DNA from: a bacterium | Lineage (GTDB): Bacteria; Armatimonadota; Zipacnadia; Zipacnadales; UBA11051 | Direction: 5' to 3' | DNA length: 64,000 nt | Assembly (NCBI GenBank): GCA_021372615.1 | Contig: JAJFUB010000034.1 | Coordinates: 34,927 to 98,926, forward strand | Shown: positions 52,702 to 62,467 of the stretch, piece after piece | Numbering within the stretch: position 1 is the first letter of the stretch | Layout of the letters: each line of letters begins with the position of its first letter | Position numbers and translations under genes: made by a program | The notes under the pieces: generated by a model | The model's database searches: none | Told to the model about the DNA's origin: nothing | The model's input: the letters and a program-made list of their open reading frames with translations, nothing else

Positions 52702-53652
52702 TCAGTACGCGTTCAGCCGGTCGGCCTCGGCGTGCAACTCCGCCATGCTGCAGGGGGTCAACGCCAGCCCCAGCTTCTCCGCCAGGGCATACGCGACCTC
52801 GATGGTCGTCTCGACGGCCCGGCGGCGGCCGCTGGCGCGGTCACCCACGTCCCAGGTGTTGTGGGTCGGGTGGTGCAGGAGCAGCACCGGGTGATCGCGC
52901 CGGATCTGGTCCCGCACGCTGGCTTCGCAGATCGCCATGGTGTCAGCGAAGCTCAGCTCGTTCTCGGCCCGGCAGTCCCGTACGGTCCAGGTGTCCGGCT
53001 GCGAGGCGGGGAGGGGCTCCAGACCCCGCGTCAGGGTGAACTCGTACAGGTCCAGGTCGCCGGGGACCAGGCGCGACTTGCTGCTGGCGTGGTGGGGATG
53101 GGGGAAGGCGCCGTGCCACAGGTGGCCCACTTCCGGGTGGGGGTTCCAGCGCCCCGGCGCCGAGCAGTAGCTCTGCCGGAAGCCCAGCTCGGCCAGGATC
53201 GGGAAGGTGTAGTCATTGGCCTGGGCGCAGCACGCCCCGAAGCTGTCGGCGGCCAGGCCCAAGGCTTGCTCCCAGTCGTCCCTGGCGATGGTGAGGACCT
53301 CCCGCTGCTCGTCGTAGTCGTACCAGGTCAGCGGCCGCTGCCAGTCGTAGTCCTCCGTCGCGCCCGGCGGGCGATAGCCGCGCACCTGGAAGTGCAGGGC
53401 CTGCCAACAGCCATGCGCGGCCATTTCGCGGAACAGGTCCGGCTGCCGCCGGGCCACCTCCGGCTCCGAGCAAAAGCCCAGGCAGCGCTGCAGACCACGC
53501 TCGGCGAACAGCTCATGGAGCCCCCGCACGGCCAGCTCGGCGACCTCCCACGTCTGGTCCCGCCCTCCGCCGGGCTTCTGGGGCGTCTGGCAGTCCATGA
53601 AGTAGATGAAGAAGAGCTGCGAGCGGTTCTTCTCGGTCAGCTGGGGCTTCAT
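52702..53652 (-). CDS. Hypothetical protein, paralogue B of 56383-57264 (TxDxET motif; possibly polysaccharide deacetylase/ArnD-like CE4 superfamily)
   Basis: ATG 53652 follows AGGAGG. N-terminus LFFIYFMDCQTPQ parallels LFVTWTMDCETIQ of paralogue A. A His-containing segment ALHFQ lies downstream. The assignment to the deacetylase fold rests on weak motif resemblance to ArnD (RIDVDT...GLHAWDHH). Confidence 0.35.
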   Translation of the reverse strand: MKPQLTEKNRSQLFFIYFMDCQTPQKPGGGRDQTWEVAELAVRGLHELFAERGLQRCLGFCSEPEVARRQPDLFREMAAHGCWQALHFQVRGYRPPGATEDYDWQRPLTWYDYDEQREVLTIARDDWEQALGLAADSFGACCAQANDYTFPILAELGFRQSYCSAPGRWNPHPEVGHLWHGAFPHPHHASSKSRLVPGDLDLYEFTLTRGLEPLPASQPDTWTVRDCRAENELSFADTMAICEASVRDQIRRDHPVLLLHHPTHNTWDVGDRASGRRRAVETTIEVAYALAEKLGLALTPCSMAELHAEADRLNAY

Positions 53653-53698
53653 GGCTCGCCTCCTCGTGCAGGCCGGCAGGATGCCGGCGCTCCTACGG

Positions 53699-55078
53699 CT
53701 ACAGCGGCCAGCGCCACGACAGGCGGCGCAAGATGCGGCTCGAGACGGCATGCAGCACATCGCGCGTGCGGTAGCGGTCGTCGGGCCGGACGTGTCCGTA
53801 GCAAGCCCAGCCCAGCGCCACCAACCCCGCCGCCAGCGCGAACAGGACCGCATGGGTGTCCACCGTCACCCAGCCCAACGACACGCGCCAGTCGCCCCAC
53901 GCCTGTAGCAGCGCCCCGGCCAGCAGCGGCGCCATCCCGCCCACCAGCCCGATCCAGGCGTAGTAGAGTGCCGTGTAGGCGGTGTTCTTGTGGGGCGGGA
54001 CGACGTCATTGTACAGCAGGCGGCCCGCTCCCAGCGCAGCCCCGTTGAAGGCCATGCCATGCGCCAGATACAGCAGGCCGCACCACATCACCAGGTGCGG
54101 CGCCTGGCGCGGCATCAGCAGCCAGCCCACGGGGATGAGGAGGGTCAGCGCGGCCCCGGTCATCAGCACCGGACGGCTGCCCACGCGGTCGGCCGCGTAG
54201 CCCCACAGCAGCGCCGCGAGCGCCCCGCCGACCATGACCAGCGACTCTAGCGTCACCACGACCCCCGGGGCCAGCCCCAGCGCCTGCTTGACGAACAGGG
54301 GCAGGAACGACAGGTACAGAAGTGTCCCGACCGTGATGCAACCGATCCCCGCCAGATAGACCACGAAGTTGCGATCCCGCAGCGCCTGGCGCATGTTCGC
54401 CAGGTGTCCCGCGCCGGGCGCCTCCTGCGACTGTGGCTGCCCGCCCTGCACCGGGATCACGGCGGCCACGCCCACCAGGCCGAACACGACGCCGACAGCG
54501 ATCAGGAGCAGGAAACGGTCCAGCCCCTCGCCCCCCTTGATGACTTGCCCGGCCGCCGCCAGCGTGAGGCACGTGGCCAGCGTGATCATCAGCGTGGACA
54601 TCGCGCCGAAGCGGCCCCGGACACGATCGGGGACCACCTCCTGCATCCATGGGTACCAGGCCGACTCCGCCAGCGAGCGCAGGGCGGCGAACAGGGCTAC
54701 GACCACGATGAGGTGCACCAGGCCCCCGGCATGGCCAAAGCGGTGCATCACCCAGGGCAGCAGCAGCAGCCCGGCGACGGCGAGCTTGCGTGCCGTCCAG
54801 CACGCCAGGAACACCCGCCGCCGCCCCAGGCGCGTGGCGATGGGGGCGGCCCACAGGGCCAGCACGCCCGCAAAGGGCAACAGCGAGAGCAGCAGGCCGA
54901 TCTGCGCCTTGGGCAGCCCCAACTCGTCGAGGAACAGCAGGAAGACCGGGCCGAACACGGTCAGGTACGCGAAGACCGCATTCAGCGCGTTCTGCGTCAC
55001 CAGCCAGGGAAGACCCCTGAGCTGCACGTCCTCGGGTAGCTCACACACGCCCTCAGGCAGCGGCTCGGCGCGCCCCAT
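53699..55078 (-). CDS. MFS transporter (12 TM)
   Basis: Hydrophobic 12-helix pattern with MFS signature-like loop GRLGRRRVF between TM2 and TM3. ATG 55078 is preferred over GTG 55084. Confidence 0.7.
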   Translation of the reverse strand: MGRAEPLPEGVCELPEDVQLRGLPWLVTQNALNAVFAYLTVFGPVFLLFLDELGLPKAQIGLLLSLLPFAGVLALWAAPIATRLGRRRVFLACWTARKLAVAGLLLLPWVMHRFGHAGGLVHLIVVVALFAALRSLAESAWYPWMQEVVPDRVRGRFGAMSTLMITLATCLTLAAAGQVIKGGEGLDRFLLLIAVGVVFGLVGVAAVIPVQGGQPQSQEAPGAGHLANMRQALRDRNFVVYLAGIGCITVGTLLYLSFLPLFVKQALGLAPGVVVTLESLVMVGGALAALLWGYAADRVGSRPVLMTGAALTLLIPVGWLLMPRQAPHLVMWCGLLYLAHGMAFNGAALGAGRLLYNDVVPPHKNTAYTALYYAWIGLVGGMAPLLAGALLQAWGDWRVSLGWVTVDTHAVLFALAAGLVALGWACYGHVRPDDRYRTRDVLHAVSSRILRRLSWRWPL

Positions 55079-55099
55079 CGTCACAGCCCTTCCATCCGG

Positions 55100-56380
55100 C
55101 TACGGCTTGTCCGCGAGGTCGTCGAGCCGTTCCATCACCTTGCGCATGGCGGCGGCGACCTCGGTCAGGGACTCGCGCGTCACATCAATGAAGCCCGGCA
55201 GCGAGATCAGGCGCCGGTTAAGACTCTCGGCCACGGGCAGCGTGGGCCGGGCCGGCGGTTCCGGGCGCGTCGGGTCGTAGAAGCAACCGCCCAGCTCCCG
55301 CCGGTCCACAGTCGTAAACAGCGGCGCGGCGTGCAGCAGCCCGTACGTGAAGTTCAGGTCGGAGTAGCGGTCGGCGGTGACGGGTGCGCCCTCGGCCTGC
55401 ATGGCGCCGACGATGCGCTCGCGTTCGACCCTCTGCACGGCCCCGGGGGTCAGCTTGAACTTGTACTCCAGGTAGCCCCCGCGCGTGGCCCCGGGCAGCG
55501 CCTCAATGACCTCCAGCCCCGGGCAGTCACGCAGCTGGTCATTCAGGTATTCCACGTTCGCCGTGCGCCTCTCGTTCAGTTCCGGCAGGCGCTGCAGGCC
55601 CACCCGCGCCATGGCGATGGCCCATGGATGGGGCCGGTACTTCGCCCCCAGGCTCATGTCGCCGATGGCGTTGACGACCTCCACCGCGCCCTGCCGCGGA
55701 CGCCCGAAGTGGCCCAGCAACACCATGCGGTCCAGGAGCGCCGGATCGTCGGTCACGGCGACTCCCGACTCGCCGCCGCTGACCGCCTTGGAGCCCTGCA
55801 TGGAGAAGCAACCGATCTGCCCGAAGCTGCCCACGGGCTGGCCTCGCCACAGCGCCCCATGGGCGTGGCTGGCGTCCTCGATCAGGGCCAGATGGTGCCG
55901 CCGGGCGATGTCGCACAGGCGGTCCATGTCGCAGACATTGCCGAACACATGCACGACGCACAGGGCCTTCGTGCGCTCCGTGACGCGGCGCTCGACGTCG
56001 TCGGGGTCAATCGTCAGCGACTCGGGGCGGATGTCGCAGAAAACCGGCGTGGCGGCGCAATGGATGATCGGTGTCGCGCTGGCGTGCCAGGTGTAGGCGG
56101 GGACAAGCACCTCGTCCCCCGGCCTCACGCCGACCGCGAAGTACGCGCTGTGCAGTGTTGCCGTGCCGCTGTTCATCGCCAGGGCGTAGCGACTGCCGGT
56201 CATCGCGGCGAAGTCTGCCTCGAACTCGCCGATCACGCCCCGAGGGCCGCCGATGGAGATGACGCCCTGGTCCATCAGGGCGTTGACCGCGGCCTTGACC
56301 TCGTCGTTGACCTGCACCCACTGCTCGCGCGGTGGGGTGGTGACGGCCTTCGGGCCACCGAGCAGAGCCAGAGCACTCAT
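55100..56380 (-). CDS. DegT/DnrJ/EryC1/StrS family PLP-dependent aminotransferase (ArnB-like sugar aminotransferase)
   Basis: Family motifs including SGTATLHSAY, ...DEVLVPAYTW... and the PLP-lysine region FSMQGSKAVSGGESG. Starts 2 nt after the paralogue A stop. Confidence 0.8.
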   Translation of the reverse strand: MSALALLGGPKAVTTPPREQWVQVNDEVKAAVNALMDQGVISIGGPRGVIGEFEADFAAMTGSRYALAMNSGTATLHSAYFAVGVRPGDEVLVPAYTWHASATPIIHCAATPVFCDIRPESLTIDPDDVERRVTERTKALCVVHVFGNVCDMDRLCDIARRHHLALIEDASHAHGALWRGQPVGSFGQIGCFSMQGSKAVSGGESGVAVTDDPALLDRMVLLGHFGRPRQGAVEVVNAIGDMSLGAKYRPHPWAIAMARVGLQRLPELNERRTANVEYLNDQLRDCPGLEVIEALPGATRGGYLEYKFKLTPGAVQRVERERIVGAMQAEGAPVTADRYSDLNFTYGLLHAAPLFTTVDRRELGGCFYDPTRPEPPARPTLPVAESLNRRLISLPGFIDVTRESLTEVAAAMRKVMERLDDLADKP

Positions 56381-56382
56381 GG

Positions 56383-57264
56383 CTACACCTCACAGCTCGC
56401 GGCGGCGCGGACCTCCGCCAGCGTCGCCGGCGTCAGCTCCAGGCCGCACTCCTCCGCCGTCGCCGTGATGGCCTCGGCGATCAGCTCGAGGTTGCGGCGG
56501 TACGGGTCAGTGGGATCATCGTAGCAGCGCGTATTGTGGGTCATCACGACTACGGACTTGAGCCACCAGTCGTGCTCCACCTGCCGGCGCACGACCTCGC
56601 GGATGAGCCCGGGCCCCCAGTCGGCGAGGCCGTCGCGCTCCAGGCGCAGATGGCGCGGGTCGCAGGGGGCCTCGCGATGCGGGCCGATGTCGTCGGGCGC
56701 TGCGGCGGTGGGCAGTTCCAGGAAGCGCCGCCCGGCGCCCCCCGGTCGCCAGTGGGCGAAGGGCACGTCGTTGACCCACACCGCGCCGACGGCCGGGCTG
56801 TTGCGTCCCGGCAACGTGACACTGCCCTGCGTGAAGCCGAGGTCGGTCAGGAGCGGGAAGGTCTCCCAGGTGGCCGAGAAGCAGCCGGAGCGGTAGCTGG
56901 TCGGGGCCTGCCCGGTGACCGCCGCCACGCGGTCGCGGCCCTGTTGCAGCAGTTCCCGCTGCCTCTGGGGCGGCAGGTGCCCCAGGTGGCGGTCGCAGCC
57001 GAGGTCGGTGGTCTGGGGGTGCATGTGCAGCCCCAGGTCGGCCCCGGCTGCGCCCAGTTCGCAGACGACTCCCGGCAGGCCCTCGGCCAGCCGCGGAATG
57101 AGGAACAGCGTGGTCCGGTGCCCGCGCGCAACCAGGCTCTCCACGTAGCCGCGCATGGCCCGCTCCGCCAGCTCCCAGGTCGCCGGGCCGCCGGTGACCG
57201 GCGACTCCTCCTGGATCGTCTCGCAGTCCATCGTCCACGTGACGAACAGTCGCGCCGCGCTCAC
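56383..57264 (-). CDS. Hypothetical protein, paralogue A (TxDxET motif; possibly deacetylase/ArnD-like)
   Basis: GTG start 57264 is preceded by GAAGGAG. Sequence LFVTWTMDCETIQ...ADLGLHMHPQ. Lies between the two DegT genes. Confidence 0.35.
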   Translation of the reverse strand: MSAARLFVTWTMDCETIQEESPVTGGPATWELAERAMRGYVESLVARGHRTTLFLIPRLAEGLPGVVCELGAAGADLGLHMHPQTTDLGCDRHLGHLPPQRQRELLQQGRDRVAAVTGQAPTSYRSGCFSATWETFPLLTDLGFTQGSVTLPGRNSPAVGAVWVNDVPFAHWRPGGAGRRFLELPTAAAPDDIGPHREAPCDPRHLRLERDGLADWGPGLIREVVRRQVEHDWWLKSVVVMTHNTRCYDDPTDPYRRNLELIAEAITATAEECGLELTPATLAEVRAAASCEV

Positions 57265-57279
57265 CGTGTGCTCCTTCGC

Positions 57280-58590
57280 CTACCGGCCCAACGTCGTGGC
57301 CCGCTCGAGCTTCTGGTCGCTCGTCATGCCTTGGAGCTGGTCAAGGTTCGTCAGCACCTTGACGTACGCCGCGGCGAGCTGGTCCAGGTACGCCTCGTCA
57401 TAGCGGATCATCCGCGGCACGTGGATCAGGCGCGTGACGATCTGCTCGGCCACGGGACAGTCGCCGGGGCCCTGTCGCACGTCGCGCGAGAAGGCAATGC
57501 GCGTGGGCTTGCCGTCGCCGTAGACGTCGCACTCGTTCCAGAAGGGATGCAGGTGGTGGCAGAAGTAGCCGCCGGGGCTGGCGGACGCGCCTTCGGCCCG
57601 GATGGCCTCGGCGATGACCGCCACCGGCGCCTGGCTGATGATCTCATCCCCCAGGATCAGCATCTGCCAGTACGAGGCGCCGACCGTCACGTTCGGGTCG
57701 TGCAGCGGGTAGTTGCAGTCCACGCCGGGCACGGCGCACACCTGCGAAAAGAACCGCTCCATAGCCTTGACGCCGGGGGCGCGGTACTCGTCGTAGTGGC
57801 GCAACTGCACCCGCGCCATGGCCGAGGTCATCTGGTGCATCCGGTACTTGTAGCCGCCCCACGGCAGCGGCGCGAAGCGCTTGTACTCGGGGTTCTGCAC
57901 GAACGAGTGGTGGTCGCCATGGCCAAACATGACAGCCCGCTCGTAGATGTCCTGGTCGTTGGTGTTCATCATGCCGCCCTCGCCGGTGGCCAGGGGCTTG
58001 CCGGACATGATCGAGGCCGCGCCGACATGGCCGATGGAGCCGACCTTGCGGCCCTTCCAGGTGCTCGCGTGCGAGTGCGAGTAGTCCTCGAGGATCTTCA
58101 CGCCCCGGCGGGCGGCGATGTCCATGAAGGCATCCATGTTGGCGGCATAGCCGCCCATCTGCACGACGATGATGGCCTTGGTGCGGTCGGTGATGCGCCG
58201 CTCGGCATCGGCCGGATCGGGGCAGAGGCTGTGGGGGTCGAGGTCGCAGAAGACCGGCGTGGCGCCCAGGTTCAGCAGTTGGGTGTGCGTCGCCCAGAAG
58301 GTCCACGTTGGGGTGATGACCTCATCGCCCCGGCCGATGCCGAGGCCGTACATGGCGCAGTGAATGGCCGAGGTGCCGTTGTTGCAGGCCAGGGCATACT
58401 GGCTGCCCTCCCAGGCCGCGTACTCCTTCTCCAGTTCGAGCGTGACATCCGTGCCCGACATGCTCCGGGCGTGCAGGACCTCCAGGATCGCCCGCTCGTC
58501 TTCCGCGGTCACGATCGGCCAGGTGCTCAGGTCCGGGCATTCCAGAGTGACCGTTTTGGGACCGCCGTTGATTGCCAACTTGCTGCTCAT
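57280..58590 (-). CDS. DegT/DnrJ/EryC1/StrS family PLP-dependent aminotransferase (second copy)
   Basis: ATG 58590 follows AAGGAG. Translation MSSKLAINGGPKTV...YALACNNGTSAIHCAMYGLGIGRGDEVITPTWTF...IMSGKPLATGEGGMM. The upstream extension to 58860 was rejected. Confidence 0.8.
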   Translation of the reverse strand: MSSKLAINGGPKTVTLECPDLSTWPIVTAEDERAILEVLHARSMSGTDVTLELEKEYAAWEGSQYALACNNGTSAIHCAMYGLGIGRGDEVITPTWTFWATHTQLLNLGATPVFCDLDPHSLCPDPADAERRITDRTKAIIVVQMGGYAANMDAFMDIAARRGVKILEDYSHSHASTWKGRKVGSIGHVGAASIMSGKPLATGEGGMMNTNDQDIYERAVMFGHGDHHSFVQNPEYKRFAPLPWGGYKYRMHQMTSAMARVQLRHYDEYRAPGVKAMERFFSQVCAVPGVDCNYPLHDPNVTVGASYWQMLILGDEIISQAPVAVIAEAIRAEGASASPGGYFCHHLHPFWNECDVYGDGKPTRIAFSRDVRQGPGDCPVAEQIVTRLIHVPRMIRYDEAYLDQLAAAYVKVLTNLDQLQGMTSDQKLERATTLGR

Positions 58591-58712
58591 CGCCAACTCC
58601 TTTGCGACCATGTCGCCGCGTGATTCAGGTGGGCGGGCACCCCCGCCTGCCCCCGGATGGTCCGGTCTCGGTACGCACACCCCTCCGGTTCGGGATGCGC
58701 CGCCCGCAGACC

Positions 58713-58751
58713 TTGTCCGGCGGCCTACAGCTTCCTCCCCGCGCCGGACAA
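58713..58751. promoter_or_regulatory. Perfect 10-bp inverted repeat TTGTCCGGCG-N19-CGCCGGACAA in divergent promoter region
   Basis: Seen directly in the 238-bp intergenic region between the head of the minus-strand gene array (58590) and the SDR gene (58829). Confidence 0.35.
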
Positions 58752-58828
58752 TCCTGCGCTTGTCACCGGCGACGCGGTGTTCTACACTCGGGCTGCCCAA
58801 CCCTTCGTGTCGGGCAGGAGGGACCGTC

Positions 58829-59593
58829 ATGCGCCTGCAGGACAGGACCGCCATCATCACCGGGGCCGGTCAGGGCATCGGCCGGGCCATCGCCGAACGC
58901 TTCGCCGCCGAGGGGGCGCAGGTCATCGTGGCCGACATCGCCGCGGACACGGGCGGGGAGACCGTGGAGCTGATCCGCTCGCGCGGGCAGCGGGCCCACC
59001 TGTGCGTGTGCGATGTCACCTCCGAGGAGCAGGTGCAGGCGGTCGCCGAGTTCGCGACCCGCGAGTTGGGGCGCATTGACATCCTGGTCAACAACGCCAT
59101 CTGTGGCGTGGAGCTGGTGCACGGCAACTCCTGGCGGGTCGTTGAGGTCGCCCTGGGCGGGGCATGGCACTGCACGCAGGCGGTGCTGCCGACGATGCTC
59201 CAGCAGGGCTCGGGCAGCATCATCAACGTCTCCTCGGTCAATGCGCTCATGGGCTTCGGGCCCGAGCATCTCTACACCGCTGCCAAGGGCGCCCTCGTCA
59301 GCCTCACGCGTTCGCTCGCGGCGGTGTATGGCCCACGCGGCCTCCGCGTGAACGCCCTGTGCCCGGGCAGCACCGACACCGAGCACTGGGAGCCGATCAA
59401 GCAGGCCAATCCGGGGGTGGTGGCGACCGTGTCGAAGCTGTACCCCCTGGGGCGCATCGCTCAGCCGGCGGAGGTCGCCAACGCCGCGCTCTTCCTCGCC
59501 TCGGATGAGGCTTCGTTCGTGACGGGCGCGGTCCTGGTCGTGGACGGCGGCATCACCGCCAGCCAGATGGCCTTCCGCAAGACCGACGACTAA
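58829..59593 (+). CDS. Short-chain dehydrogenase/reductase (SDR) family oxidoreductase
   Basis: TGAGQGIGRA cofactor motif, NNAI motif and catalytic YTAAK. RBS CAGGAGGG. Confidence 0.8.
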   Translation: MRLQDRTAIITGAGQGIGRAIAERFAAEGAQVIVADIAADTGGETVELIRSRGQRAHLCVCDVTSEEQVQAVAEFATRELGRIDILVNNAICGVELVHGNSWRVVEVALGGAWHCTQAVLPTMLQQGSGSIINVSSVNALMGFGPEHLYTAAKGALVSLTRSLAAVYGPRGLRVNALCPGSTDTEHWEPIKQANPGVVATVSKLYPLGRIAQPAEVANAALFLASDEASFVTGAVLVVDGGITASQMAFRKTDD

Positions 59594-59624
59594 CGGCACA
59601 GCCTGTGGCCATGGGGTGGGGTAC

Positions 59625-59644
59625 GCCCGACACTCCTGTCGGGC
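59625..59644 (+). terminator. Hairpin gcccgaca-ctcc-tgtcgggc after SDR gene
   Basis: Perfect 8-bp stem ~30 nt after the stop, followed by cttcgcg (weak T content). Confidence 0.35.
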
Positions 59645-59680
59645 TTCGCGGGCTACATCCAACTCCAGGGGATTACATCC

Positions 59681-62467
59681 ATGAAGCTGTACGCATCCCT
59701 GCTGGCCGGCCTCGTGCTGTGTCTGGCCCCCGTGCAAGCTGACGAGTGGCAGTGGACGCCGCTGCGCCAGTCGCTGCCCGGCAAGCCGGTCGGCTCGGTG
59801 GTGGCGAGCCAGCCGGTCACGGTGGGCAACCCGCTGCTGCAGACGATCTGCGAGAAGCTCTACGAGGTGCCGTGGGCGCCGGGGGAGGCGATCCTGCTGC
59901 AGCCCCGTCCGGGCACCGGGGGGCTGAGCGCCTTCGGCTTCTGGCACAACGCGCGCGCGTACATGCTCCTGGTGCGCCAGGGCGCGCGCTGGCGGCTGCT
60001 GACCCCGGCGGGGGAGACGGCCCCCAAGGAGCCGCGACTGGCCTACTTCGGCCACGACGCCTCCGGCCAGCCGGTGAAATGGACCGGCCCGGCGCAGATC
60101 ATCGCCGTGGGTGCGGGTGGTCCGGCGGCCCTGCAGATCACCCGCGTGCCGCTGTTCGAGGCCGGGTGTACGCTGATGACCCTGGAGCGGGGCGAGCGGG
60201 AGTTGCGCCAGGCCCGCGACTGCCTCGGCTGGATGAAGCCGCCGGCGGACGGTGTGGTCCGGCGCGTGGCCGACTGCCAGGCCCGCATAGACGCCACCCG
60301 CGCCCGGTTGCGGCAGGAGACGCAAGGCCTCCTGGACACCTACCAGGCCCTGCCCGAGCCGCGCTACGCGCTGGAGAACCTGGCGTTCTTCAGCCGCCTG
60401 TACCAGCGCAGCAAAGGCTTCGAGAAGATCGGCGACCCGGAGCTGTGGACGCGGGTGTTCTACGGCCGGCCGGAGTTCGCGCCCTGCGTCGAAGCGCGGC
60501 GGGCGGCCCAGGAGGCGCTGTGGGCGCAGCGGCCCGCCACTCTGGCGGCCGAGGTGGGGCGGGTCTTCGGCTCGCAGGCGACCTTCGGGGCCTCCCTCAC
60601 GCATGGGCTGGCCAAGTTCCGCCGTGACCGTCCCTTCCCCGAACCGCTGCGCACCGGCTATCGGATGACCCTCGGCCGCGAGGAGCACGAGTCCTTCCAG
60701 GTCGCCGTGGCGGCGCTGGGGCAGCCCCTGCAGAACGTCAACGTGAGCGTCACCTGGGAAGGCCCCGGGCCGCACCCCGAGGTGGTCCTGCGGCCGGTCG
60801 GCTATGTGGAGACGAAGCCCGACCCGGACAATCTGGCCGAGTACATCGGCTGGTGGCCCGATCCGCTCCTGCCTCCGGGGCCGGTGGACGTGGCGGCCGG
60901 ACAGACGCAACCTGTCTGGGGCACTGTCCACGCCACGAAGCAGACGCCGGCGGGCGAGCACACGGCCACCGTCACCGTCCAGGCCGACGGCCAACCGCCC
61001 CTGAAGCTCAAGTTCACCGCCCGCGTGCTGGACTTCAACCTCGGCTTCACTCACTTGCCCAGCCTGCTATCTCTGCGGCTCGCCTCCATCCAGCAGTTCT
61101 ACCAGCTGGACACCGTCTCACAGGAGATCAAGCGCCGCTGGTACGACTTCTGCCTGCAGTACCGGATGAACCCCAACGACATCTACCGCCCCGAGGCCAT
61201 CCCCGAGGAGGAGGACCTGGACTTCTGCCTGGCGCGGGGCTTCAACGCCATGGTCATCACGACCCCGCCGCTGCGCCGCACCACCCGCAACAACGCCGAC
61301 AACCTGCAGGTGTGGGTGAGCGACGACAACCAGACCTTCCGCCAGGTCCCGGCCGGCTACACCGTCACCCACGATGACGAGGGCAGCCTCGTCGTGGGCG
61401 GCCTGGATGTGACGGCCCGCTATGTGAAGCTGCACAGCACGCTGGCCGACGAGGCCTACGAGTTCTCGCTCAAGACCCTCGAGCGCGACCGCATCGTGGT
61501 CTACGGCGGCGACCAGCCTGCCACCGGCCCGGCGGCCTACGTGGGCACCGAGGATGGCACCAAGCCACTCCTGGCCTTCGACGCCAAGTGGGGCGCGGCC
61601 CTGGACTACAAGCGCAGCAGCCTCGGCGTGGACCTGGGCCAGCCGCGCCATGCCACGAAGCTCGTGCTGCGCGGGGCCTATGCCGCCACCCGGGAGCGCG
61701 TCAAACGCTTCTACGAGGTCGCCAGGGCCCACGGGATGGGCGATCGCGCCTATGTCTACGGCTTCGACGAGTGGAGCGACGTGGCGCGCTACGGGGACAT
61801 CAAGCAGACCTACGAGGAGTTGAAGGCCGTCGCTCCGGGCATCAAGGCCTCCAGCACAGTCGTCCACCCCGTGCCGCCCATTGATCGCACCATTGATGCC
61901 TGGTGCCCGGCCCTGTGCTACGAGTTCCCCGAGTACAAGCAGGCCCGGGAGCGCGGGCAGGAGGTCTGGACGTACGAGGGCGGCTGCCCGTACGACCCGT
62001 ACCCCACGCACGAACTGCTGGACGTGCCGGCGGTGGAGGCACGGGCGTTTTTCTGGGTGATCTGGCGGTACCAGTACACCGGCTGGCTGCACTGGGAGCT
62101 GAACGTGTGGAGCGGCAACATGGGCGGGGACAAGCGCTGGCCCGAGGTGCCGTGGAACCCCGCGCGCGGCGGCGTGCGCAATGGCGAGGTGGGGCGCATC
62201 TACCCCGGCCCGAACGCCACGCCGCTACCCTCGGTGCGCCTGGAGAACATGCGCGACGGGATCGAGGACTACGACCTGCTGTGGCTGCTGCGAGATCGAG
62301 CCCGGAAGCTGCCGGCGGGCAGCAAGCAGCGCCTGGCGACCGAGAAGCTGATAACCGACACGGCCCGGGCGCTGTGCCAGTCGCGGGCGCATTTCGAGCG
62401 CGACCCCGCCCGCGTGTTGGCCCTGCACGAGCAGTTGGGCCTGGCCCTCGAGCGGCTCAGCCGCTGA
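59681..62467 (+). CDS. Secreted DUF4091-domain protein (GH123-like glycoside hydrolase C-terminal domain)
   Basis: Signal peptide [20 protein letters not shown]. The C-terminal region ...[48 protein letters not shown]...[15 protein letters not shown] matches DUF4091. Antisense ORFs 58763-61054 and 61118-62092 were rejected. Confidence 0.5.
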   Translation: MKLYASLLAGLVLCLAPVQADEWQWTPLRQSLPGKPVGSVVASQPVTVGNPLLQTICEKLYEVPWAPGEAILLQPRPGTGGLSAFGFWHNARAYMLLVRQGARWRLLTPAGETAPKEPRLAYFGHDASGQPVKWTGPAQIIAVGAGGPAALQITRVPLFEAGCTLMTLERGERELRQARDCLGWMKPPADGVVRRVADCQARIDATRARLRQETQGLLDTYQALPEPRYALENLAFFSRLYQRSKGFEKIGDPELWTRVFYGRPEFAPCVEARRAAQEALWAQRPATLAAEVGRVFGSQATFGASLTHGLAKFRRDRPFPEPLRTGYRMTLGREEHESFQVAVAALGQPLQNVNVSVTWEGPGPHPEVVLRPVGYVETKPDPDNLAEYIGWWPDPLLPPGPVDVAAGQTQPVWGTVHATKQTPAGEHTATVTVQADGQPPLKLKFTARVLDFNLGFTHLPSLLSLRLASIQQFYQLDTVSQEIKRRWYDFCLQYRMNPNDIYRPEAIPEEEDLDFCLARGFNAMVITTPPLRRTTRNNADNLQVWVSDDNQTFRQVPAGYTVTHDDEGSLVVGGLDVTARYVKLHSTLADEAYEFSLKTLERDRIVVYGGDQPATGPAAYVGTEDGTKPLLAFDAKWGAALDYKRSSLGVDLGQPRHATKLVLRGAYAATRERVKRFYEVARAHGMGDRAYVYGFDEWSDVARYGDIKQTYEELKAVAPGIKASSTVVHPVPPIDRTIDAWCPALCYEFPEYKQARERGQEVWTYEGGCPYDPYPTHELLDVPAVEARAFFWVIWRYQYTGWLHWELNVWSGNMGGDKRWPEVPWNPARGGVRNGEVGRIYPGPNATPLPSVRLENMRDGIEDYDLLWLLRDRARKLPAGSKQRLATEKLITDTARALCQSRAHFERDPARVLALHEQLGLALERLSR

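Noticed and set aside
52594-54048. 484-aa plus-strand ORF
   Set aside because: Antisense to the TxDxET paralogue B and MFS genes. Pro/Arg/Ala-rich low-complexity translation.
56536-58623. 695-aa plus-strand ORF
   Set aside because: Antisense to TxDxET paralogue A and DegT-A, which have strong family motifs.
58763-62092. Minus-strand ORFs 58763-61054 (763 aa) and 61118-62092 (324 aa)
   Set aside because: Antisense to the SDR and DUF4091 genes. Low-complexity translations.
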